Assembly: GCA_017398145.1 (NCBI GenBank)
Contig: JAFQHD010000108.1
Location: forward strand, 4,456 to 68,455
Length of the DNA: 64,000 bases
Origin: Clostridia bacterium
GTDB taxonomy: Bacteria; Bacillota; Clostridia; Oscillospirales; CAG-272
Direction of reading: 5' to 3'
The position numbers and the translations under genes were made by a program. A model generated the notes under the pieces. It was not told the origin of the DNA. It searched no databases and saw nothing but the letters and a program-made list of their open reading frames with translations. Shown piece after piece: positions 17,091 through 24,808 of this stretch. Each line of letters begins with the position of its first letter. Position 1 is the first letter of the stretch.

Positions 17091-18944
17091 ATGAAGATTA
17101 TAAGAAATATACTTTTCGGGGACAGGCATCCTCTGTTACGCAGTGCCTTGTCGGTGCTGATACACGTTCTTTGCCTTATGACCCTGGACGTATCCTTCAG
17201 GGTCATATATGAGAAGAACAACACCTCTCCCTTGCCGGACTTGGTCCCCTTTTACACCTCTCTTTTCTGGTGTATAATATTAGCGGGCTTTGCTCTTATA
17301 TTGCCACGGATACTCAGACGTATATACGTCATTGTGACAACTCTGTTCTTTGGCGTACTGGTTATAGTTCACGCCTGTCTTGACAGCTTTTTCGGACAGT
17401 ATATGTCCTTTTCTTCTGTCATGTTTGCGGATGACGGCGCGGCATTCTTTGACCTGTCCTATTTCAAGATACCTAAGAAGCTTATAGCGCTTATCTTGCT
17501 GAGTATAGTGCTGTCTGTTATTGCAGCTCTTATTCTTGCAAAAAGTAAGAAATATCTTATTTCTGCCCTTGCCGCAATCCTCTTGGTCGCCGTAGGTATT
17601 ACGGGAATAGCTCTGTACAGCAACAGCTATTTCAAGGGCGAGAGCGGTGGTATAACCTGGGAGAGCACCAAGAGCCCCGCAGATCATTACGACGATTTTT
17701 CGGATTATCATCTCTGCATGCATATGTGCGGACTATATCAGTATACCTTCCGTGATCTGTACGTAAGCACGGGTGCGGTGGATACCGTAGAAAAGCTTAT
17801 AAACAAGGGACGTATAGACGAGCTTGATGAATATTATTCCTCAAAGCCCATTGATCCCGATAACGAAATGACGGGTATCTTCAAGGACAAAAATCTCCTG
17901 CTTGTTCAGCTCGAATCGATAGATACCTGGATGGTCAACGAGGTGTCTATGCCCTCCCTTTATTCGGTAACGAACAAGGGTATCAATTTCACGAGCTTCT
18001 ATGCTCCGAAATATCTTTGGGCATCCACCTTCAATACCGAGAACGTGGTGAATACGGGGATGATATCTCCTATGAACTCCTCCAAGACCGGATATTTTAC
18101 CAAGACCGATTATCCCTATTCCATGCCCAATATGTTCAAGGCAGAGGGATATACCGTAAACAGCTTCCACCGAAGCGGCAGAGGGATCTATAACCGCGGT
18201 GACGTTCACGAGAACTGGGGATATACCAAGTATTACAGCGGGGCAGAGATGAAGCTCAGCGACCTTGATATGGATTCGGCTCTCATAGAGGCGTACGATA
18301 TGTATGCACCCGCAGAGAGGTTTATGTCCTTTATAATCACCTATACGGGACACGGTCCCTATAACGCCGAACACGAGGCGGTAAAGAAATACGAGGATAT
18401 AATAAGACCGAAGCTTCCCGAGGACGCAGAGGACGAGTATGTATGGGCTCTCTGTTACGCTTACGAGACTGACGTATTCATCGGCTCTCTTATCGAGAAG
18501 CTGGAGGCAGAGGACAGACTCAAGGATACGGTGCTTATCTTCTACACCGACCACTATGACCACTATGTGACGGATAATGCCATACTTACCAAGTATAAGG
18601 GGACCTCGGATACCAACCTGATGTGCAACGTGCCCTTCGTTATATATTCCGAGGAGCTTGAGCCCATGACGGTGGATAAGGTCACGGCTACATATGACAT
18701 CCTGCCTACGGTGGTAAACCTTTTCGGTATGGATAACGACGGCAGATACTATATTGGTAACGATGCCTTTTCGGATAACGGAGGATACGTAATCTTTGCA
18801 GACCGTTCTTGGTATGACGGAAGCGTATATTCCAAGAGCGATACAATGTCCTTTGATCTGATAGAACAGCGAAGCACCGAGATCGACGAAAGGCTTAACG
18901 CCTGCTGGGATTCGATTAAATTTGATTATTTTAAAGATAAATGA
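17091..18944 (+). CDS. LTA synthase / sulfatase-family membrane protein
   Basis: About 5 N-terminal TM helices, then an extracellular alkaline-phosphatase/sulfatase-like domain (LESID, YTGHGPY, FYTDHY). Confidence 0.75.
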   Translation: MKIIRNILFGDRHPLLRSALSVLIHVLCLMTLDVSFRVIYEKNNTSPLPDLVPFYTSLFWCIILAGFALILPRILRRIYVIVTTLFFGVLVIVHACLDSFFGQYMSFSSVMFADDGAAFFDLSYFKIPKKLIALILLSIVLSVIAALILAKSKKYLISALAAILLVAVGITGIALYSNSYFKGESGGITWESTKSPADHYDDFSDYHLCMHMCGLYQYTFRDLYVSTGAVDTVEKLINKGRIDELDEYYSSKPIDPDNEMTGIFKDKNLLLVQLESIDTWMVNEVSMPSLYSVTNKGINFTSFYAPKYLWASTFNTENVVNTGMISPMNSSKTGYFTKTDYPYSMPNMFKAEGYTVNSFHRSGRGIYNRGDVHENWGYTKYYSGAEMKLSDLDMDSALIEAYDMYAPAERFMSFIITYTGHGPYNAEHEAVKKYEDIIRPKLPEDAEDEYVWALCYAYETDVFIGSLIEKLEAEDRLKDTVLIFYTDHYDHYVTDNAILTKYKGTSDTNLMCNVPFVIYSEELEPMTVDKVTATYDILPTVVNLFGMDNDGRYYIGNDAFSDNGGYVIFADRSWYDGSVYSKSDTMSFDLIEQRSTEIDERLNACWDSIKFDYFKDK

Positions 18945-18955
18945 GGTATAAAATT

Positions 18956-19759
18956 ATGGGATTTTTAGAAGGAAAGACAGCTATAATCACAGGCGGCGGT
19001 AAGGCAGAGCCCTTAAAGGACGGCTCCGCAGGCTCTATCGGATACGGTATTGCCATCGCATATGCAAAGGAGGGGGCAAATCTTGTCCTCACGGGCAGAA
19101 ACGTAAAGAAGCTCACAGAGGCAAAGGAAGAGCTTGAGAGCCTCTATGGTATCAAGGTCCTTGCTTGTCAGGCAGATATAAGCCGCGCAAATGACAATGA
19201 AGCAACAGTAAAAAATGTTATCGACAATACGATAGCGGCATTCGGACGTATCGACGTTCTTATCAACAACGCTCAGGCGTCTGCGTCCGGTGTAACCTTG
19301 GCAGACCATACCACGGATCAGTTTGATCTTGCTATGTATTCGGGCCTTTATTCCGCTTTCTACTATATGAAGGCTTGCTATCCTTATCTTAAGGAAACAA
19401 AGGGCTCTGTTATCAACTTTGCTTCCGGTGCAGGTCTCTTCGGTAACTTCGGTCAGTCTGCTTATGCGGCAGCTAAAGAGGGTATCCGCGGACTTACCCG
19501 TGTTGCGGCAACCGAGTGGGGCAAGGACGGTATAAACGTAAACGTAGTATGTCCTCTTGCTTGGACCAGCCAGCTTGAGAAGTGGGCAGAGTATAACCCC
19601 GAGGCATTCAAGGCAAACGTTCATATGCCTCCCATGGGTCACTACGGCAACTCCGAGCTTGAAATAGGACGTGTTTGCGTTCAGCTTGCATCCCCCGACT
19701 TTAAGTATATGTCGGGCGAGACCCTTACTCTTGAGGGCGGAATGGGACTCAGACCTTAA
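18956..19759 (+). CDS. Short-chain dehydrogenase/reductase (SDR)
   Basis: ORF 18941..19759. TGGG cofactor motif (TAIITGGG), NNAQ and YxxxK (YAAAK). Confidence 0.85.
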   Translation: MGFLEGKTAIITGGGKAEPLKDGSAGSIGYGIAIAYAKEGANLVLTGRNVKKLTEAKEELESLYGIKVLACQADISRANDNEATVKNVIDNTIAAFGRIDVLINNAQASASGVTLADHTTDQFDLAMYSGLYSAFYYMKACYPYLKETKGSVINFASGAGLFGNFGQSAYAAAKEGIRGLTRVAATEWGKDGINVNVVCPLAWTSQLEKWAEYNPEAFKANVHMPPMGHYGNSELEIGRVCVQLASPDFKYMSGETLTLEGGMGLRP

Positions 19760-19760
19760 G

Positions 19761-19820
19761 AATTCTCAATTCTCAATTCGTAATTAAATGTGAAAAGTCG
19801 GTTCATTTGAACCGACTTTT
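19761..19820. repeat. Heptad array (AATTCTC x2, AATTCGT, AATTAAA) plus a bidirectional terminator hairpin
   Basis: 7-nt repeats at 19761-19788. Hairpin AAAAGTCGGTTCA-tt-TGAACCGACTTTT at 19793-19820. Confidence 0.85.
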
Positions 19821-20224
19821 CAATTTCTATCAAAATATTCATAGCACGCGAAGCGGATCACATCCTCGGTTACATTGAAATGCTCTGCCAATTCCCATAC
19901 CTCGGTGATGCCTTGGGTAAACGCCTTCTCTAAATTTCCCTTTGGCAAAATATGCTCGATCATCCACATATTTGCCTTATGTTCGCAGCGGCTTCTGGTC
20001 TCAAGGGGAGAGTAGGGTCGGTAGAAGGCTCCCGTCATACAGTGGCCGATCTCGTGAGCAAGATGAACCTTGCGCTCAGGCTCCGTCATATCTCCTTCAT
20101 CCATGATTATATATTTTTCTTTCCCGTCCTCGAAGGATACAGACTTATTAAGCGGCAGTCTGCAATAATCGAGGACTATTTCATTTTCATCACAAAACAC
20201 TGCACATTGTGTGCTTGTTCTCAT
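19820..20224 (-). CDS. ImmA/IrrE-family metallopeptidase
   Basis: HEXXH motif (HLAHEIGHCM). 134 aa, immediately downstream of an XRE repressor gene. Confidence 0.85.
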   Translation of the reverse strand: MRTSTQCAVFCDENEIVLDYCRLPLNKSVSFEDGKEKYIIMDEGDMTEPERKVHLAHEIGHCMTGAFYRPYSPLETRSRCEHKANMWMIEHILPKGNLEKAFTQGITEVWELAEHFNVTEDVIRFACYEYFDRN

Positions 20225-20231
20225 TTGATTA

Positions 20232-20564
20232 CTACTCCTCTTTACTGTGTCTTTTCTTTATCAGCTCTACGGCAAACATAGCTTCCTTCCACATTTCGTC
20301 GGTGACCTCTCCGTCCCCCCCGAATAGAGCAAGCTTGATATCGTTATCGGTGACAGTGCTCTTTGCTGCAGATTCCTTGCCCGTTGTCAGATAGTCGAGA
20401 GAAACACCGAAATGGTCGGCTATCTTTTTAAGCTTATCCTGCTTGGGGGTGGATTTTCCGTTCTTCCAATCGCTGATAGTGGCGGGGGCTATACCCGTGG
20501 CTTTACATACCTGATATGCGGTCATACCGTTCTTTTGTAACAATTCAACAAAAATCTCATACAT
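20232..20564 (-). CDS. XRE/ImmR-like HTH repressor (110 aa)
   Basis: HTH segment MTAYQVCKATGIAPATISDWKNG. Paired with the ImmA gene. Confidence 0.85.
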   Translation of the reverse strand: MYEIFVELLQKNGMTAYQVCKATGIAPATISDWKNGKSTPKQDKLKKIADHFGVSLDYLTTGKESAAKSTVTDNDIKLALFGGDGEVTDEMWKEAMFAVELIKKRHSKEE

Positions 20565-20598
20565 TTTTTGTACGCTCCTACAAAACCGAAAATTATTA

Positions 20599-20775
20599 AA
20601 GAAATCTTACATAAACCCATTGACATTTTCGGAAAACCGATATATAATTTGTTGTAGAGTTTAAGAAATCTTAACTAAACGGGGCTAAGATTTAATATTT
20701 CCGAAATCATTGTATCAGATTTCCGAAGTATTGTCAAGATAAATTTTAAGATTTCTTAAAATTACTTTTCGGTAT
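20599..20775. promoter_or_regulatory. Divergent control region: consensus promoter plus two families of repeated operator-like motifs
   Basis: TTGACA at 20620-20625 and TATAAT at 20643-20648 (17-nt spacer, plus strand). TAAGA-AA-TCTTA at 20599-20609 (partial), 20662-20673 and 20747-20758. TTTCCGAA/TTCGGAAA at 20626-20636, 20697-20707, 20719-20729 and 20765-20775. Confidence 0.7.
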
Positions 20776-20869
20776 AAGAACGAAACAAACCACTCATTTG
20801 CTTCGCTATAAATTTTAGTACAATACATGTCCAAAATATGGGACAGAAAGGAGGAAAAGCTTGGCATAC

Positions 20870-20950
20870 ATGTGTGTAAAAGGGCCATATGAATGTGACG
20901 CGTGCGGTTTCTGCACAAAGAACGAGGATAACGAAGAAAGTGAGGAGTAA
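20870..20950 (+). CDS. Possible Cys-rich micro-ORF (26 aa, or 29 aa from the TTG at 20861)
   Basis: MCVKGPYECDACGFCTKNEDNEESEE. AGGAGG at 20849-20854 sits 6 nt before the in-frame TTG. The ORF ends 2 nt before the next gene. It is below the ORF-track cutoff. Confidence 0.3.
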   Translation: MCVKGPYECDACGFCTKNEDNEESEE

Positions 20951-20952
20951 AA

Positions 20953-21261
20953 ATGAAAAATATTGATTTCAATAAAGTTATAATAACCGGCAAAGCCAAG
21001 GAGAATCCTGAGTTAAAACTGACTACAACAGGTATAGCTGTAACAAATTTCATCCTTGTAAGCGAGGGTGTCAAATCAAATGAATATATAGATGTTACCG
21101 TATGGGGAGAGCTTGCGGAAAAGGTGTATAAGGAAATAGACCCCGACCGACGGATAATGGTGGAGGGGAGGCTTCACCGTACTGCCTCGGAGGAGGGCTC
21201 CTACGGAAGACTTGAGATCACGGCAAACCGAATATTCGGAATAGGAGGAATGTATGATTAA
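20953..21261 (+). CDS. SSB-like OB-fold protein lacking the acidic C-terminal tip (102 aa)
   Basis: Pattern N(K/R)VxLxG ... ELR.T..G..V..F.LA ... W typical of the SSB core (NKVIITGKAKENPELKLTTTGIAVTNFIL ... VTVWGELAE ... VEGRL). GAGGAG RBS. Confidence 0.65.
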   Translation: MKNIDFNKVIITGKAKENPELKLTTTGIAVTNFILVSEGVKSNEYIDVTVWGELAEKVYKEIDPDRRIMVEGRLHRTASEEGSYGRLEITANRIFGIGGMYD

Positions 21262-21466
21262 GTACACAGAGGATATATATACTACCTGTCCCTTTTACCT
21301 CAAGGAGGCGAGCTCACGCCTCATCTGTGAGGGGATCCCTGAGGGAACAAGTAACGTAACCGTATTCACGAACAGCCTTCTCAAGGCAAGACATCAGAAC
21401 AGATATTGCCGTAATGATTACGGTGCCTGTGCTCTGTGTAAAGCTTTAATGAGTAAATATGACTAA
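21254..21466 (+). CDS. Hypothetical Cys-rich protein (70 aa)
   Basis: Overlaps the previous gene by 8 nt. Six Cys residues. I recognise no family. Confidence 0.5.
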   Translation: MIKYTEDIYTTCPFYLKEASSRLICEGIPEGTSNVTVFTNSLLKARHQNRYCRNDYGACALCKALMSKYD

Positions 21467-21500
21467 AGAGGTTTTGAGCCTTGTGCTCAAAACCTCTTTA
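21464..21500. terminator. Perfect 16-bp bidirectional terminator that includes both convergent stop codons
   Basis: TAAAGAGGTTTTGAGC-cttgt-GCTCAAAACCTCTTTA. Confidence 0.9.
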
Positions 21501-22175
21501 GTCATTTAAGCTGATCTCCAACCCATCATACGCAACCTCAATACCGTAGGGCTCAAGGTCACGGCAGATAATATCATGGTCGTCGTGAAGTCCGCAGGAC
21601 ATATGGCTTATGCAGAAACGCTTGATATGCTCCTTGAGAGTTTTTTTCATTTCAATGACCATATTGATATTGTTATGCTCAAAGATACGGTAGTCGCCGT
21701 CCTGATGGCCTACGGTGCAGTCAAGGACGATAAGATCAACGGGAGCGGTATCTATTATCATCTGCACCTCATCGTAGAGAAGCCATGCGGAGTCGAGAGC
21801 GTAATAGATCTTACTCTCTCCGTCGTCAAAGAGATAGTGCTTTGTGGGAACACGGTGATGACCCGTTGAGGCTTTGATCTTAACATCTTCAAGGATTATC
21901 TCATCATCAAATTCAATGAATCTTGCACCCTTTGATTCAAGAAAAGTAAGGGTATCCGAATTAAAATGATCCTTATGCTTATGGGTGTTGATGATATATT
22001 TTATACTTTCGGGAGCAATACCGAATTTTTCAAGAGCGTAGGGAACGGTAGGCCCGGGATCGATAAGGATAGTGTCGTTTATAAGAGCAGAAGCGTTGCC
22101 TCTGTATTCGTCGCCGTGGTCACGGCGCTCAGGCGACCAGTCGGCGGCACCTGTGCCTAAAAATCTGATTTTCAT
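21498..22175 (-). CDS. MBL-fold metallo-hydrolase (225 aa)
   Basis: HxHxDH motif (THKHKDH). Confidence 0.8.
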   Translation of the reverse strand: MKIRFLGTGAADWSPERRDHGDEYRGNASALINDTILIDPGPTVPYALEKFGIAPESIKYIINTHKHKDHFNSDTLTFLESKGARFIEFDDEIILEDVKIKASTGHHRVPTKHYLFDDGESKIYYALDSAWLLYDEVQMIIDTAPVDLIVLDCTVGHQDGDYRIFEHNNINMVIEMKKTLKEHIKRFCISHMSCGLHDDHDIICRDLEPYGIEVAYDGLEISLND

Positions 22176-22876
22176 AATATATAGTCCTCCCCGTCATTGG
22201 GGTAGAGAACTGTAAAAGCTGCTTTTTGTGCTTTGATGTTCTCATATTTTTCAGGCGGCATAACATGTACGAATGCCACCTTATCAACCTTTAACTTATT
22301 GCATTTTGAAACAACCGTTTCGGCATCAAAGTGGGCAGCTTCTATAATAAGCATATCAGCCTCAATATCCGGAAGATCGATTAGTGAAGGAGAAAGATCG
22401 CTTGTGATATAAACCCTCCTGCCTTCGGCTTCGATAAGAAAGCTGTAACAGGGAAGACCCTTCATATGATCGTTCTGATATGAAGTTACCTTAAGTATAC
22501 CGTCATCATAGAAAATTCCTTCCTTGATGAGCTTAAAATTAATTCGGGTGCTGTCCTTATTGCCTAATTGCATATAGGTATAGGTCTTAAATGCATCTAT
22601 ACCCCTTTCCTCCGAGAGATAAATATCACAGCGGATATTAAAGAATTCCGCTAAATTTATCATATCGTTAAGACCGTTCATATGGTCACCGTGGAGGTGG
22701 CTTATAAAGACGGTCTTTATCCGTGACATATCATATTGGGAAAAGGACAGAATGTCGGTTACAGGCGCACCTGCATCAAAGAGGTAGGCGTTTTCGCCTA
22801 CCTCTATAAGGATGCTTTGCTGATGTCGGTTTTTATAAGGGGCACCGAAGCCGGTGCCCAGAAATCTTATATTCAT
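22172..22876 (-). CDS. MBL-fold metallo-hydrolase (234 aa)
   Basis: HxHxDH motif (SHLHGDH). ATGA overlap with the downstream paralog and TAATG overlap with glnA. Confidence 0.8.
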   Translation of the reverse strand: MNIRFLGTGFGAPYKNRHQQSILIEVGENAYLFDAGAPVTDILSFSQYDMSRIKTVFISHLHGDHMNGLNDMINLAEFFNIRCDIYLSEERGIDAFKTYTYMQLGNKDSTRINFKLIKEGIFYDDGILKVTSYQNDHMKGLPCYSFLIEAEGRRVYITSDLSPSLIDLPDIEADMLIIEAAHFDAETVVSKCNKLKVDKVAFVHVMPPEKYENIKAQKAAFTVLYPNDGEDYIL

Positions 22877-24300
22877 TACAGGTTGTAATATTTGTCGAAC
22901 TCAGCAGGATTAGGAATCTTGGCAAGCTCTGCACATTCTGCACGCTTAGCTGCGATGAAGTTCTTTAAGAGCTCCTCGGGGAATACACCGCCCTCTGTGA
23001 GGTAATCGTGGTCAGCCTCAAGGCAGTTGAGGGCCTCGTCAAGAGAGGTGGGAAGATGGCTGAGCTTAGCCTTCTCCTCGTCGCTTAAGTGATAGAGGTT
23101 CATATCGTAAGGACCCCAGCCGTTGGCGTGAGGATCGATCTTGTTCTTAACACCGTCAAGACCTGCCATAAGGATAGCCGCATAGCAGAAATAGGGGTTA
23201 CAGGTAGCATCGGGGTTGCGGAGCTCAAAGCGGCGCTTGTCGGGAGACTTTGCATAAGCGGGAATACGGATAACTGCACTTCTGTTGGAGGTAGCGTAGC
23301 CAACGGTTACGGGAGCCTCAAAGCCGGGAACCAGTCTCTTGAAGGAGTTGGTACTGGGGTTGGTCAGAGCACAGAGAGAGCCGATATGCTTGAGAAGACC
23401 GCCCATAAAGTAGTGAGCTGTTTCGCTTAAGTTAGAATAACCGTTATCATCAGAGAATACGGGCTGTCCGTCCTTAAAGAGGATCATATGAACGTGCATA
23501 CCGCTGCCTGCCTCACCGTAGATGGGCTTGGGCATAAAGGTTGCGGACTTGCCGTACTTAAGAGCGGTGTTGTGGATGATATATTTGATCATCATTGTAG
23601 CATCTGCCATATGAACGACCTCACCCAGCTGAGGCTCTATCTCGAACTGACCGGAGGCAGCAACCTCGGGATGGTGATAGTTTATCTCGATACCCATATC
23701 CTTCATAAGCATACACATCTCGGAGCGGCACTCGTAGGAGATATCAAAGGGCTTTGCAATATGATAGTTCTTCTGCTTGGGAACTACAACGCCCTTACCC
23801 TCAACTGCGCTGTTCCAGTAGGACTGAACGGCGTCAACGGAAGCTGCGATCTGTCTGCCGCTTACCTCCCAGGCAACGTCGTCGAAGAGGTAGAACTCAA
23901 ACTCGGGAAGTATCTTCATTGTGTCTGCAACGCCGGATTTTTTCATATAGTCAACGGCAGCACGGATGATGTTACGGGGATACTGTGCCAGAGGCTTGTT
24001 TTCGGGGGAAGCGATAACCATCGCGTTACCTGTCATGGACAGGGTGGGGATAGAGCAGAAGGGGTCAATAACTGCGGTGTCGGGGTCGGGGATAAATACC
24101 ATATCGCTCTTCTCAACAACCGCATAGCCGTAGTTGGAGGCGTCAAAGCCGATACCCGACTTCATTGTGTCCTCAGAGAAGTTTTCTGCGGGGATGGTAA
24201 CGTGACGGTACTGACCGTTGATGTCAACCATCTTGAAGTCTACCATCTGGATGTCTTTTTCTTTGATAAAATTGAGTATGTCCTGAATGATCTTTGCCAT
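22876..24300 (-). CDS. glnA: Glutamine synthetase, type I
   Basis: 474 aa with GS beta-grasp and catalytic domains (GSGMHVHM, NPSTNSFKRL, RIPA...RFELRNPD). Confidence 0.92.
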   Translation of the reverse strand: MAKIIQDILNFIKEKDIQMVDFKMVDINGQYRHVTIPAENFSEDTMKSGIGFDASNYGYAVVEKSDMVFIPDPDTAVIDPFCSIPTLSMTGNAMVIASPENKPLAQYPRNIIRAAVDYMKKSGVADTMKILPEFEFYLFDDVAWEVSGRQIAASVDAVQSYWNSAVEGKGVVVPKQKNYHIAKPFDISYECRSEMCMLMKDMGIEINYHHPEVAASGQFEIEPQLGEVVHMADATMMIKYIIHNTALKYGKSATFMPKPIYGEAGSGMHVHMILFKDGQPVFSDDNGYSNLSETAHYFMGGLLKHIGSLCALTNPSTNSFKRLVPGFEAPVTVGYATSNRSAVIRIPAYAKSPDKRRFELRNPDATCNPYFCYAAILMAGLDGVKNKIDPHANGWGPYDMNLYHLSDEEKAKLSHLPTSLDEALNCLEADHDYLTEGGVFPEELLKNFIAAKRAECAELAKIPNPAEFDKYYNL

Positions 24301-24371
24301 AATCGTTCTCCTGATATTAATAAAGTTATAATTATTTTATCACTTTTTTTGTCTGTAGTCAACACCAAAAG

Positions 24372-24394
24372 AAAAAACCGTACAAAAGTACGGT
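24372..24394 (-). terminator. Terminator downstream of tRNA-Pro
   Basis: ACCGTAC-tttt-GTACGGT, followed by TTTTTTC on the minus strand. Confidence 0.8.
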
Positions 24395-24404
24395 CTTATT
24401 CTTT

Positions 24405-24480
24405 TGGTCGAAGTGTGGAGATTCGAACTCCAGGCCTCCAGTACCCGAAACTGGCGCGCTACCAACTGCGCTACACCTCG
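24405..24480 (-). tRNA. tRNA-Pro (anticodon CGG), CCA encoded
   Basis: Manual cloverleaf: acceptor CGAGGTG/CACTTCG, D stem GCGC/GCGC, anticodon stem CCAGT/ACTGG with loop TTCGGGT, T arm TGGAG-TTCGAAT-CTCCA. 76 nt. Confidence 0.9.
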
Positions 24481-24509
24481 ATTTTTTGTTATTTGGTTTG
24501 TGGTAGCCG

Positions 24510-24657
24510 CCGAAACCGGCGCGCTTCCTGTTGCAACATCAGCTCTGCTGTCGCAAGCGTTGTTTGCTCTGCAATCGCTGTGTTACTGCCACTCCTCACC
24601 CTCGCTGCATCCGACACTGTCGGCGCTCGGGATCGTCCCCAACTGCGCTACACCTCG
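24510..24657 (-). pseudogene. tRNA-Pro 5'-half copy (positions 1-19 and about 21-37) split by a 113-nt GC-rich insertion, with no T arm
   Basis: 24639-24657 matches the first 19 nt of the tRNA exactly. 24510-24525 matches AGCGCGCCAGTTTCGG at 15 of 16 positions. Nothing corresponds to the 3' half. Confidence 0.7.
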
Positions 24658-24671
24658 ATGTTGCGGATAAC

Positions 24672-24700
24672 ATTATATCATAATAAAAATACAATGTCAA
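24672..24700 (-). promoter_or_regulatory. Consensus promoter (TTGACA-17-TATAAT) driving the tRNA-like copy and tRNA-Pro
   Basis: Minus-strand TTGACA at 24695-24700 and TATAAT at 24672-24677. The predicted TSS is about 8 nt before the tRNA-like 5' end. Confidence 0.75.
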
Positions 24701-24808
24701 GTTTGAAAGGCTCGTAAATTTATTATTTCCTTTTCGGTAATAATCGGTTTACAAACCCCATCCGATTTGGTATAATAACGGTATAAAGATAAAAACGAGG
24801 AAACTAAA

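Noticed and set aside
20715-21074. Minus-strand ORF of 119 aa
   Set aside because: It overlaps the operator and leader region and the start of the SSB-like gene on the other strand. It has no RBS and gives an unrecognisable hydrophobic/low-complexity translation.
19820-24480. Intact prophage or ICE integrated at tRNA-Pro
   Set aside because: No integrase, excisionase, replication, structural or conjugation genes are present. glnA and two hydrolase genes separate the ImmA/XRE module from the tRNA. The duplicated tRNA piece is the 5' half rather than an att-type 3' repeat.
23488-24717. Long plus-strand ORF (409 aa), plus similar long antisense ORFs at 596..1399, 12814..13650, 44367..45329, 48514..49542, 58922..59563 and 63068..63910
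   Set aside because: Each lies exactly antisense to a well-supported gene (glnA, potA, prkC, the HlyD-like gene, ileS, gnd, the livJ-like gene). They have low-complexity, unrecognisable sequence and no RBS. They are the shadow frames expected when the sense strand avoids TTA, CTA and TCA codons. ORF 23488..24717 also runs through the tRNA.
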